NCBI GenBank assembly: GCA_963976285.1
Contig: CAXBJY010000005.1
Coordinates: 3,164-67,163 of the forward strand
From: an uncultured Gammaproteobacteria bacterium
Lineage (GTDB): Bacteria; Pseudomonadota; Gammaproteobacteria; Ga0077536
DNA: 64,000 nucleotides
Direction: 5' to 3'
A program made the translations under genes and the position numbers. Shown here in pieces: positions 38,600 through 47,999 of this stretch. The notes below the pieces were generated by a model. It saw nothing but the letters and a program-made list of their open reading frames with translations, was not told the DNA's origin and made no database searches. Position 1 is the first letter of the stretch; each line of letters begins with the position of its first letter.

Positions 38600-39358
38600 T
38601 CAGGGAGACTCCACCCACGCGCTTGCCATAATAAACACGCCGAGCGCGAACAACAGGTAGAACACCGCGCGTTTCAACGCGAGATCCGATAACGGCGGCG
38701 GCTTGATGCGCCCAAGCCACGCACCGATCACAACGAGCGGGAACGCGATCGCGGACAGCCACCACACCGCGCTGCTGAGTCCGCCCTGAAAACCGACGAT
38801 CACGGTACGCGAGAACGTGCCGAGGCCGAAGAAGCACAGCATCGTCGCGCGGATCGTGAGGAGCGGGAGCGGTTGCCGGTAGAGAAACCAGCCGATCACG
38901 GGGCCGGAAGCGGAAAACAGGCCGCCGATGATGCCGCCGCTGAGCCCCGCGGCGACGCAGCTGAGTCGCCCGGACACGGTTGCCCGTGGTGCCGGTCGTA
39001 TCATTGTCGACAAGCTGCCGCCGGCGATGAACAGACCGAGCAGGAAGCGCAGCACGGCCTGCGCGTCGCGATCGAGCACCGTGAGCAGGAACAGGCCGAG
39101 AAAGATCGCCGGGATTTGACTCAATATCAGCCAGCCGAGCACCCGCCGGTGCACCACGGTGAGGTGACCTTTCAAGGCAACGACGATATTGACGAATGAA
39201 ATAATACTGACGGCGGCAGTCAGTTCCGGTAATGATACCGCATCACTTGCCCCGACAATCGCCATCACGATCATGCCCATGGCGAAACCGATCACGGACT
39301 GAACGTAGCTGGCGATGAAAACGGCGGCCGCGAAGATCAGCCAGCTGGTCGGGTCCAT
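38600..39358 (-). CDS. TSUP (TauE/SafE) family anion exporter
   Basis: 8-TM duplicated 4-TM repeat architecture, 252 aa. Confidence 0.7.
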   Translation of the reverse strand: MDPTSWLIFAAAVFIASYVQSVIGFAMGMIVMAIVGASDAVSLPELTAAVSIISFVNIVVALKGHLTVVHRRVLGWLILSQIPAIFLGLFLLTVLDRDAQAVLRFLLGLFIAGGSLSTMIRPAPRATVSGRLSCVAAGLSGGIIGGLFSASGPVIGWFLYRQPLPLLTIRATMLCFFGLGTFSRTVIVGFQGGLSSAVWWLSAIAFPLVVIGAWLGRIKPPPLSDLALKRAVFYLLFALGVFIMASAWVESP

Positions 39359-39548
39359 GGAATTGCTCGGGGTGACAGGGGCACGGATTCTAAAGGCCCG
39401 GTCGTGATTGCGCGAGGCCGTCGTGTCTGGTTTGTTACGCTAGCGTGATCGCAGGCATGGAAGTTTTGATCGTCTAACGCAGGTAACCGACGCGCTTGAC
39501 GGCATGGTCGTCAATTTACCTGAATTCCAGATGTAGGCAGGAGCCATT

Positions 39549-40796
39549 ATGAACGAAACGTCGAAACTGCCCGATCCCTGGACTACCCCGTTCCAGCAGA
39601 TTGATTACTCCGATCCACGGCTATTTCAGCAAGATGCGTGGCGTCCGTATTTCGAACGGCTGCGTAAGGAGTCACCGGTTCATTATCAACAGCGGAGCCC
39701 GTTTGGGCCGTTCTGGTCGATTACCCGCTTCGAAGACATCGTCGAAGTCGAGAAAAACTGGCAGGTCTTCTCGTCCTCCCCGACGATCGCTATCGGGGAG
39801 TTCAAGATGGAGGAGGGGACTGATGACATCCCGACGTTTATTGCGATGGACCCGCCGCGACACGATGTGCAGAGGAAGGCCGTGCAGCCGGCGGTCGCGC
39901 CGAAGAATCTGGCCGAAATGGAGCATTTGATCAGGCGCCGCGTTGGCGAGATGCTTGATGAACTCCCCGTTGGTGAAACTTTCGATTGGGTAGAAAAGGT
40001 ATCAATCAACCTCACAACGCAAATGCTTGCCACGCTATTCGACTTCCCGTTCGAACAACGTGACAAACTGCCCTATTGGTCAGACATGACAACCGGTACC
40101 CCGGAAATAGCCGGGGGCGACGCCGATCAGACTGAAAGAACCGCTGCGTTACAGGAGTGCCTGGCAACGTTTACCCGAATCTGGCACGAGCGGGAAGGTA
40201 CGGAAGGCGGAATGGATCTGATCAGGCTTTTGCAACGGGATCCAGATACCTCGGATCTCGTCCACTGTCCACTGGAATTCCTGGGTACCTTGTTGTTACT
40301 CATCGTCGGTGGCAACGACACGACGCGAAATTCGATCACCGGCGGTGTTGTCGCACTGAACAAGTACCCCCGTGAGTATGAAAAATTGCGTTCACAGTCG
40401 CATCTCATTCCGTCGATGGTTTCTGAAATCATTCGCTGGCAAACCCCGCTAAGCCATATGCGTCGAACGGCGACCCGGGATTATGAATTTCGCGGTCAAC
40501 AGATACGGGAAGGCGATAAAGTCGTGCTTTGGTACATCTCCGGCAATCGTGACGATTCGATCATCGATCGCGCTGACGAGTTTGTCATTGACCGTGCAAA
40601 TCCGCGACATCACCTTGCTTTCGGATTTGGCATCCATCGATGCATGGGTAATCGTCTCGCGGAAATGCAATTACGCGTGCTGTGGGAAGAAATCATGCAA
40701 CGGTTCAGTTTTGTCGAATCGGTGGGTGAACCTGCCCGGGTACGCTCAAACTTCGTTCATGGCTATACGTCTTTACCCGTAAAGCTTCACCGCTAG
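39549..40796 (+). CDS. cytochrome P450
   Basis: Heme-ligand loop FGFGIHRCMGNRLA, EIIRW K-helix ExxR, and AGNDTT I-helix. Confidence 0.85.
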   Translation: MNETSKLPDPWTTPFQQIDYSDPRLFQQDAWRPYFERLRKESPVHYQQRSPFGPFWSITRFEDIVEVEKNWQVFSSSPTIAIGEFKMEEGTDDIPTFIAMDPPRHDVQRKAVQPAVAPKNLAEMEHLIRRRVGEMLDELPVGETFDWVEKVSINLTTQMLATLFDFPFEQRDKLPYWSDMTTGTPEIAGGDADQTERTAALQECLATFTRIWHEREGTEGGMDLIRLLQRDPDTSDLVHCPLEFLGTLLLLIVGGNDTTRNSITGGVVALNKYPREYEKLRSQSHLIPSMVSEIIRWQTPLSHMRRTATRDYEFRGQQIREGDKVVLWYISGNRDDSIIDRADEFVIDRANPRHHLAFGFGIHRCMGNRLAEMQLRVLWEEIMQRFSFVESVGEPARVRSNFVHGYTSLPVKLHR

Positions 40797-40890
40797 GCAC
40801 GCATACACTTGGACGTTCTGAGTATGAAAAAAAACAGTTCGCACCGTGCTGCCAGGCGCGAGGGATATCCTGTCGGAGACTGGAATTAAC

Positions 40891-41445
40891 ATGTCATTAG
40901 TTCGCCGCACCACCTGTCTGGGGTTCACCATTGCGCTCCTCTTCCTTGTCTTGCCAGAAGTGGTTTTCGCAAAACCGAGTGTGCTGATTCTGGATTGCGC
41001 CCTGCAAGACGACACAATGCTACCCGACGTTCCTGACGAACTGGCTCGTACCGCATCCGTTGCTCCCGTGCTTCGCGCGACATTGCGGGAATTCGGCTAC
41101 ACAGTCCCGGACTATGTTGGTTCAGACGAAAATCTTGCGTTAACCGAAACCGGATATTTCCTCGCGCATCCGAAAATCGCGGCAGAATTGGGGCGCAGCC
41201 ACAATGCTGATTGGGTCGGCATCTGCACGCAGTTCAAATTCAGCTTCCTCGTATCCATTCTAAGGGTCCACCTTGTTGATGTAGCGAAGAACCAGGTAGT
41301 CACTCATGCCGAAACATGGATGCGCGGCTCGATGACGGATTTTCGCATGACCAGACGATCGACTCGCAGCCTCGGAGAGCAGGTCGACGATCTGTTACAG
41401 CAAATCACGGTCGCTGATAAACCCGCTGATGGGGCAAACAGATAA
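40891..41445 (+). CDS. secreted hypothetical protein
   Basis: Signal peptide MSLVRRTTCLGFTIALLFLVLPEVVFA. In a lower-GC patch between the two P450 genes. Confidence 0.45.
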   Translation: MSLVRRTTCLGFTIALLFLVLPEVVFAKPSVLILDCALQDDTMLPDVPDELARTASVAPVLRATLREFGYTVPDYVGSDENLALTETGYFLAHPKIAAELGRSHNADWVGICTQFKFSFLVSILRVHLVDVAKNQVVTHAETWMRGSMTDFRMTRRSTRSLGEQVDDLLQQITVADKPADGANR

Positions 41446-41700
41446 CGCCACGACGAGGCGATATCCGGGAGTAAAAGCTCCGGGTCGGCGGAAGCCGGCC
41501 AGGTAACCCGGAACAGAGCGACACCATTAAAGCTCCTGTAATACCGTGACGCGATGAGCCTCGAGCGCAACGCCCCGAGTGAGTGTTGTTCCGGTAATCC
41601 TGCCTTCCGTCCTTCAGACCCCCTGCGGCTGCTCCCAATCGTTCCAGGCGATTGGGTCGGGATCGATGTCTCCGATCAGGCAAACAGGCAAGCGTAAGCA

Positions 41701-42990
41701 TCAGGCACGGTAGCGTAGCGGTAGCCGTTCGTATCCCATCACGTGGGTTTGATGCGTTTGCACTGGCGCGCCCGCGAGCTCGATGTGTCCGAGGTACGGC
41801 AGCAACGCCTTCAGGCTCGCCTGCAGTTCGATGCGGGCGAGGTTTGTTCCGAGACAGAAATGTGTCCCGAAGCCGAACGTCAGGTGCCGGTTCGGGCTGC
41901 GCGCAATGTCGAATCGGTAGGGGTCGGGAAACACACGATCATCACGATTCGCCGAAGGGTAAAAGAGACCCACCGTATCCCCCGCGGCAATACGCGTGCC
42001 CGCCAGCACGAAGTCCTCGCGCGCCGTGCGCAGGAAACTGCCAACCGGGGAGGTCCAGCGCAGGATTTCCTCGACGGCCTGGGGGATGAGGGTTGGATCG
42101 GCGAGCAGGCGTTCGCATTCGTCAGGGTGATCGAGCAGCGCCGCAACACCGCCGCTCAGCGCGTTACGCGTGGTGTCGTTACCGGCTCCGATCAGCAGGA
42201 ACAGATAGCCGATCAGTTGCTGGTCACTCAGCAAACTGCCCTGCACCGGCGTATGCACCATGTGATCGATGACCCCGCCGCGCGCCGCCCCGTGCTCACG
42301 GCTTTCGGTGATGAGCGCCTCGATGTAGGTACGCATTTCATACATCGCCCGGTAGGTGGTTGCGCCGCGACTCTCTTCGGGTCGACGATAGTCCGGGTCG
42401 ATGTCACCCACGAGCGCTTCGGACCACACGAGGATGCGTTTCCAGTCGTCGGGTTCGAGGCCGAGGATGTCACCGATGGCGGCGAGTGGCAGTTTGCACG
42501 CAAGCTCGTGTACGAAATCCAGGGGCTTGGGACTGCGCTCGAGCCGGGCCATGTAGTCATCCGTGAATTCGGTCGCCAACCGTTCGAATTCCGCTCGCAT
42601 GCGGCGCATCGCACCCTGGGTGAACGCCCAGCTCGTCAGGCGGCGCATATGCCGGTGGCGCGGGTTGTCCATGAAAACCATGTCGGGCGGCTCGTCCGGA
42701 TCCCAGCCGCGTTCACGGCAGAATTCATCCATGCCGGCACGCACGGGTTCCGGCTTGCCGCGCAAGGTCAGGCGCAGGCGTGGGCCGCCATTGATGAAAA
42801 CATCCGGGTGGTTGGAAACCGTCACGACGTCGGCATAACGGGTTACGGCCCAGAACGGCTCCACGTCGTCGCGCTCGTACCAGAAGACCGGCGCCTGTTC
42901 GCGCAGCAGATCCCATGCCGCCCACGGATAGCCGTTCGCGGCGTAGTCGGCGGGGTGGTGGATCCTGAGATTGTCGAGCGTCACCGTCAT
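41701..42990 (-). CDS. cytochrome P450
   Basis: FGFGTHFCLGTNLA heme loop, EEILRW, AGNDTT. Start chosen at the ATG 8 nt after the SCO-like stop; the ORF track extends to 43080 but would overlap the SCO gene. Confidence 0.85.
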   Translation of the reverse strand: MTVTLDNLRIHHPADYAANGYPWAAWDLLREQAPVFWYERDDVEPFWAVTRYADVVTVSNHPDVFINGGPRLRLTLRGKPEPVRAGMDEFCRERGWDPDEPPDMVFMDNPRHRHMRRLTSWAFTQGAMRRMRAEFERLATEFTDDYMARLERSPKPLDFVHELACKLPLAAIGDILGLEPDDWKRILVWSEALVGDIDPDYRRPEESRGATTYRAMYEMRTYIEALITESREHGAARGGVIDHMVHTPVQGSLLSDQQLIGYLFLLIGAGNDTTRNALSGGVAALLDHPDECERLLADPTLIPQAVEEILRWTSPVGSFLRTAREDFVLAGTRIAAGDTVGLFYPSANRDDRVFPDPYRFDIARSPNRHLTFGFGTHFCLGTNLARIELQASLKALLPYLGHIELAGAPVQTHQTHVMGYERLPLRYRA

Positions 42991-42998
42991 CGGTTGAA

Positions 42999-43499
42999 TC
43001 ACGATGACACAAGTCGCTGTTTCAAATCGGAGCTGATCTCGTCTTCGCTCCTCGTTTCGGCCCAGTGGGTTACGTAGCACCCATCGGGACCAATCAGGTA
43101 GGCGAATGACGTATGCGGGACGGCGTAGCCATCGGGATCATCCGGGTCCGGTTTGCGTTGCGCGAAGATCCTGAACGCACCTTTCGCCGCCTCGACCTGT
43201 TCGGGCGAACCGGTCAGGCCGGTAAAACGCGGATACCTGTGCTCGAGGTATTGCTTCATGACGTCCGGACGGTCGCGTTCCGGATCGACCGAGATGTAGA
43301 GCGGTTGCAGCGCCGCCGAGAGTTGCGCCGGCAGCGAGTCGAGAACCCGGGTCAGGCGACTCAGCGAACGCGGGCAAACCACGCGGCAGTGGGTAAAGCC
43401 GAAATACACAAGCAGCCACAGCCCGGTATACGTCGCTTCGGTGACCGCGAGGCCATCGTGGTCAACCAGATTGAACGTGGGCCTGCCGATACCCGCCAT
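42999..43499 (-). CDS. SCO1/SenC family thioredoxin-fold protein (no N-terminal anchor)
   Basis: CxxxC copper-binding motif in YFGFTHCRVVCP with the distal His in PHTSFAYLIGPDG. No TM or signal segment is in frame upstream. Confidence 0.6.
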   Translation of the reverse strand: MAGIGRPTFNLVDHDGLAVTEATYTGLWLLVYFGFTHCRVVCPRSLSRLTRVLDSLPAQLSAALQPLYISVDPERDRPDVMKQYLEHRYPRFTGLTGSPEQVEAAKGAFRIFAQRKPDPDDPDGYAVPHTSFAYLIGPDGCYVTHWAETRSEDEISSDLKQRLVSS

Positions 43500-43521
43500 C
43501 GTTCGCCGCCAGCGACCGCGT

Positions 43522-45102
43522 TCAGGACCAGCTCAACGAATAAGAGCCGATCTTCTGTCGCGGCATCGAGAGCTGTAGCGCGTCGTCCGTCAGCACGACG
43601 CCGAATGCTTCGTTCGCAAGCACCCGGCCGTCCCTGCCCGAACCGATTTCAACGCCGTCCAGCGACAGTTTCCAGGCCTCGCGCCGCGGCCCATTGACGT
43701 TCTCGATACGCAATTTTGCATCGCCGGCGCCGTCCGCCCGTGCCGCGAGTGTAAAACGCATGTCCTGCGCCCCGGCATCATAGCGGGCTTCCAGTACGTC
43801 GACGTTGGCCGACACTTTGGTGATCAACGGTTCCCCGAAATGATCGCTGGTCCACGGTCGAGTGTAGAATTCGCGCAATCCGTTAGCGACGTTAAGACGC
43901 GCATACGGTAGCAATGCATTCGTTGTAATGGGTTCTACCTGGCGCAGAATCCCGTCTTCGTCGTAGCGCGTGTCGTTGCGCGGATAGTACAGTCCGCCAT
44001 TCGGCCAGGTCGGGTTCATGTAGCGATCGGCGTGGCTCAACAGCCCCGACAACGTCGCTTCGTCGCCAAGCTCTGAAGCAGCCGCCGCGGCCCAGCCAAA
44101 ATCGGCCGTATCGATGGTCTCCATCGAACCGCGTAGATCGATGGGCTCCCACAGCCGGATAGCGCACGTTCCGTCCGGGCCTGGAATCAGGAATTCTTCG
44201 AGTTGGCCGGGGTAGGTATTGCGTACGTGTTCCGGATTCCACGCATGCATTAATGCCGCCAACCAGGCGTCTGACCACAGCCACGGCAATGCATTCGGTA
44301 TGGGTGTGCGACTGTCGTGCGCGATGTTTACGATCGAGTGACCGTTTTCACCGGTCAGGCCAAATTCGTCCCAGGCTTTTAGATAACCCTCGGTAACTTC
44401 GTCCGCCCGGGACGTTCCCTTGATAAAATCCTCGCAGCGAAACGCGAGAATCGACGGTTGATTGCAAACCTGGAAAATACAGTTGGGTTCGCAAGCCACC
44501 CCCAGATATCCGTTCTCGACCATCTGCCAGTAGATGGTTTCGCTCAGACTTTCTTCGTCATACTCGAACACCATGTTTTCGCCGAACGTGAACGGGTTGA
44601 TCGACATCGTCAACGCGCCCTTCGCGGTGTAACGGTCATCGTCGAACAGATAATGGTACAGCCGGGTCAGCAACATCAGATAAGCGCTGTACATGATGTT
44701 GTCTTTCTTCACGGGATCCCACTGCCCGGGTAATTTCCCCCAGAGATGGGCGTTTCCATTCGGCGCGCCGGCCTGGCTCACGTACTGCCAGTAAACCCAC
44801 ACGCCGGGAAGCAATAGCTTGTGGATGAGTTTCTCGAAGATCGGTTTGAACACGCCCGGCGCGTTGGGCAGTCGATGGTAGTGGCCGAGCGCGAGCGCAA
44901 GCCCCGCGAAAGCAAGCTGGAACCGGAAGGCGCCGAAGTCTTCCTGCAGGCCGGAGCGGCCCCCCATCATGGCCCATTCGCCGTCTGGCTGACTGACGAT
45001 ATTCTCGATCTGCCGAATGCTGCCGATCTGCTTCGCATCGAGGCAGTTCCCGGATACCCGGTTGGCCGTATTTGACAGTGGCGTCGCTGGTAACGTGTTC
45101 AT
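43522..45102 (-). CDS. linalool dehydratase/isomerase (Ldi) family protein
   Basis: Blocks DNIMYSAYLMLLTRLY and CEPNCIFQVCNQP are shared with the paralogue at 56243 (NVMYSGWY, CEPNWIYPLCNNQ...RLHDRLHGTHY). They resemble my recollection of Castellaniella Ldi motifs (ENIMYKGHL, CEPDNYFVQCNS, DRLHGTDY). Confidence 0.5.
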   Translation of the reverse strand: MNTLPATPLSNTANRVSGNCLDAKQIGSIRQIENIVSQPDGEWAMMGGRSGLQEDFGAFRFQLAFAGLALALGHYHRLPNAPGVFKPIFEKLIHKLLLPGVWVYWQYVSQAGAPNGNAHLWGKLPGQWDPVKKDNIMYSAYLMLLTRLYHYLFDDDRYTAKGALTMSINPFTFGENMVFEYDEESLSETIYWQMVENGYLGVACEPNCIFQVCNQPSILAFRCEDFIKGTSRADEVTEGYLKAWDEFGLTGENGHSIVNIAHDSRTPIPNALPWLWSDAWLAALMHAWNPEHVRNTYPGQLEEFLIPGPDGTCAIRLWEPIDLRGSMETIDTADFGWAAAAASELGDEATLSGLLSHADRYMNPTWPNGGLYYPRNDTRYDEDGILRQVEPITTNALLPYARLNVANGLREFYTRPWTSDHFGEPLITKVSANVDVLEARYDAGAQDMRFTLAARADGAGDAKLRIENVNGPRREAWKLSLDGVEIGSGRDGRVLANEAFGVVLTDDALQLSMPRQKIGSYSLSWS

Positions 45103-45208
45103 TTTGATGACCTCCCGCTGGTCGCCAACGAACGGTCGACGCAGCGTGTTGGGCGCGAAGTGCGGAACTTCGCGCGACGAATGTGAACTCCCCGGCCTGC
45201 GACGCCGC

Positions 45209-45892
45209 TCACGATTGATTGTCTTCGAGTGAACGCGTGGTGAGGCGGTCGAGATCCGGCAACGGCTGGTTGATGATGCTCGTCGCCTGCGCCCCGGAGA
45301 CCCCCAGTGCCCTGAGTAGCAGCTTGCACACGGCAGCGGAATAACCGTTCGGCCGCCGCTCGCAAAGAATGCGGTGCAACGCGCCGCGGATGGTACTGAC
45401 GGTCAGGTCGTTGGCCGCCACGATATCCTCGAACCGGAATTCACCGTTCTCGAGGCCCGCTTCGAGCACGGGTTGCGGGAAACTCAGGAGTTCCTCGTTC
45501 AGTGTCTCTTCGCTGCCCGACATGGAATACACGACCCAGCCCCACACTTCGTCTCGCTCCGCAACCTCGAGTACCAGCCGGGTCGTCGCGATCAGTCGTT
45601 CGGCCGGCGACGCGATCGATGCGCACGCACTCTGAATTGCCAGAAACGGATCGTGACCGATGTACGTCCAGAGATCCTCGACGAGTTCACTAACGGTTCG
45701 GTAGTAATTGTAGAACGTGCCACGCGCTACCCCTGCCGCCCGGACAAAATCGTCGATCGTCGCTTTTTTCTCACCATGCTCCGCAAGCACCCTCGCGGCA
45801 GCAGTGAGTAGTCGCATCCTGGTTCGTTCGCGACGTTCAAGGCCGATCTCCTTGCGGCGCGCCAGGTTCAAATCCGCCACGGTCGTCGTCAT
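45209..45892 (-). CDS. TetR/AcrR family transcriptional regulator
   Basis: N-terminal HTH (ATIDDFVRAAGVARGTFYNYY). The ORF extends to 45994, but an ATG 34 codons in is the likely start. Confidence 0.75.
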   Translation of the reverse strand: MTTTVADLNLARRKEIGLERRERTRMRLLTAAARVLAEHGEKKATIDDFVRAAGVARGTFYNYYRTVSELVEDLWTYIGHDPFLAIQSACASIASPAERLIATTRLVLEVAERDEVWGWVVYSMSGSEETLNEELLSFPQPVLEAGLENGEFRFEDIVAANDLTVSTIRGALHRILCERRPNGYSAAVCKLLLRALGVSGAQATSIINQPLPDLDRLTTRSLEDNQS

Positions 45893-46033
45893 TTCCGGTT
45901 TAGCCAGCAACGCAAGTTCAAATCGCGCACCATAATTTATCCGCTGCAGGTATCGGGAAGCGTGTCGGGCCGGGCGATCGCCCGTCGACGGCATGTCGCG
46001 CGACCCGCACTAGCCGGAGGTAACCGCCGTTGC

Positions 46034-47131
46034 TTACGCTGCCGCGAGCGTTTTACCGCCGAGCTTACGCAGCTCGGGCGCAACTTTCTCGCCGATCAGG
46101 CGCAGGCTGTCGGCGACCATGTCGAACGGCATGCCGGCATAGGACATGGCCATCACCGGACGGAGTTCGCCGCTCATCTCGTAGCGCCGGGTCCACTTCT
46201 CGACGATCTGCTCCGGCGTGCCCCAGATCTGGCGGTCCGCAAACGTTTCGCACGCCGCTTCGAGGCCGCTTTCGCGGATCGTTGCCGCACTCACTTCGTA
46301 GGCCTGATAGCCGTTCGTGTCGCTCCAGTGGGAGCCGTCAAAATCGTAGTGGCGGATGACGCTGAGGTAATACTTTGAAAGATACTCCCGCGCCACCTTT
46401 TCGGCCACCGCCGGGTCTTCGTGACAATACGTGAAGTCGGCGACCACCGGGGCTCCCGGCGGCTTCGCCGGATGGACTTCCTCGAACCGTGCGCGCCAGG
46501 CCTCGATCGCGGCATTGTGCTGATCCCATGGCAGCTGCACGAACGTCATCATCGTGCCACCGATGTTCGCGGCCGCCATCGCCGAGTCCGGTGTCATCGC
46601 AACGGAGAAAAAGCCGCGGTCGCGGTAGCCGAACTCGGGCTTCGGCGTCACCGTCGTGCGGGATTGCTTGAAGAATTTTGTGTCGTATTCGGCAACACCG
46701 GTCTCGAGGATGTCGAGAATGATTTCCGCAGCCTCGTCAAAGCGTTCCCGCGACGTCGCCATGTCGATGCCGAAAGCGCGGTATTCCTCGCGCGCGAGTC
46801 CGCGGCCGAAACCCAGCAGAAAACGCTCGCCCAGGATGACCTGCAACAGGCTGATACGCTCGGCGACGCGCGTCGGGTTTTCATGCCAGGGCAGAATGAT
46901 GGCCCCGGCACCGAGCTTGATACGGTTCGTCTTGCCGGCGAGATAGGCGAGCCACTGGAGGTTGTCCGGCATCATCGAATAATTCGGGTTGAAGTGATGC
47001 TCCGGCAGCATCAGAAAATCCATGCCGACTTGTTCCGCAAGCAGTGCGATTTCGGTTTCCTTGCGCAGCATTTCCGCGTCGGACAGTCCGTCATGGGCAT
47101 TCTGCAGGATGGATAGCATGCCAATTTCCAT
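46034..47131 (-). CDS. LLM-class (luciferase-like) flavin-dependent monooxygenase
   Basis: 365 aa TIM-barrel LLM pattern (MDFLMLPEHHF, ILPWHENPTRVAERI). Confidence 0.75.
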   Translation of the reverse strand: MEIGMLSILQNAHDGLSDAEMLRKETEIALLAEQVGMDFLMLPEHHFNPNYSMMPDNLQWLAYLAGKTNRIKLGAGAIILPWHENPTRVAERISLLQVILGERFLLGFGRGLAREEYRAFGIDMATSRERFDEAAEIILDILETGVAEYDTKFFKQSRTTVTPKPEFGYRDRGFFSVAMTPDSAMAAANIGGTMMTFVQLPWDQHNAAIEAWRARFEEVHPAKPPGAPVVADFTYCHEDPAVAEKVAREYLSKYYLSVIRHYDFDGSHWSDTNGYQAYEVSAATIRESGLEAACETFADRQIWGTPEQIVEKWTRRYEMSGELRPVMAMSYAGMPFDMVADSLRLIGEKVAPELRKLGGKTLAAA

Positions 47132-47934
47132 CGGTCGGTTCCTCTCGGCTGAATAGTTTGTCCGGCGATCGGGTCAGCCGGGGTGGCCACTAGAACAAAC
47201 TATACAAAAAATGTCAATTTGGATTAATTATGTGTATTTTTCAGCGACCGCGGAAGAATGCCTGTCGCTGATACCGAACGGAAACGTCCGGTAACCCGTT
47301 GAAGACGCCGTACCGAGCCGGCACCACGCCCGTCATCGGCGAGCCACCGGACAACATCGCCTGGAGCGATTGGGTCGGGATCCAAATAGCGCAATCAGCA
47401 GGATTGCCGCCTGGCACAGCCGCACGCTGCCGCGAAGCGCTCCGGTACAGGGCGGCAGCCGATGAGACCGATCCGGCGTGGCACCGCCGGCGATGCGGAT
47501 CATCGCGTGCACCGAGGATTCCGACGTCATCGAGACGCCTGCAGGGAGGCAGGCGGCGTACCCGCAATCCGACCCACAGCGCACATCGCGCGGGACGTTG
47601 CGCCGCCAGAGATTGCGGACGCGCGCACCGGATAAGGATTGAAGCCGGCGATAGTCTGGCAACGTGTCCGGGGCACAGCGTGCGGCGGTGACGGTCCTCG
47701 CGGCAACCCGCTCACCCGCAACCATCGCGGGGAGTCATTCCCGTTTCCGCCGCCACGCCGCCGCCTGTGGCGACAGCCACACTTGCCGGGCCGGGTGGAC
47801 TACGAGTCGCCCGTTGCCTCGACCGGCGCGGCTCGTGCGCGTCCGCGATCGAACAACGTGGCGTTCGCGAACCGACGGTGCGCCGGTTCGGATGTCCCGT
47901 GCCGGGGAATTCGCCAAACCGCTGGCATCAACTT

Positions 47935-47988
47935 GCTGAATAGTAGTTATTGTTCGTTCAATCTGGACTTAATGAATTGAACAAACTA
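47935..47988 (+). promoter_or_regulatory. marR promoter/operator region: GCTGAATAGT-N34-GAACAAACTA module with an embedded imperfect palindrome
   Basis: The module is duplicated at 47148-47202 upstream of the divergent LLM gene. Palindrome TTGTTCGTTCAAT-N13-ATTGAACAAAC. Confidence 0.3.
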
Positions 47989-47999
47989 AAATTCGCCGT

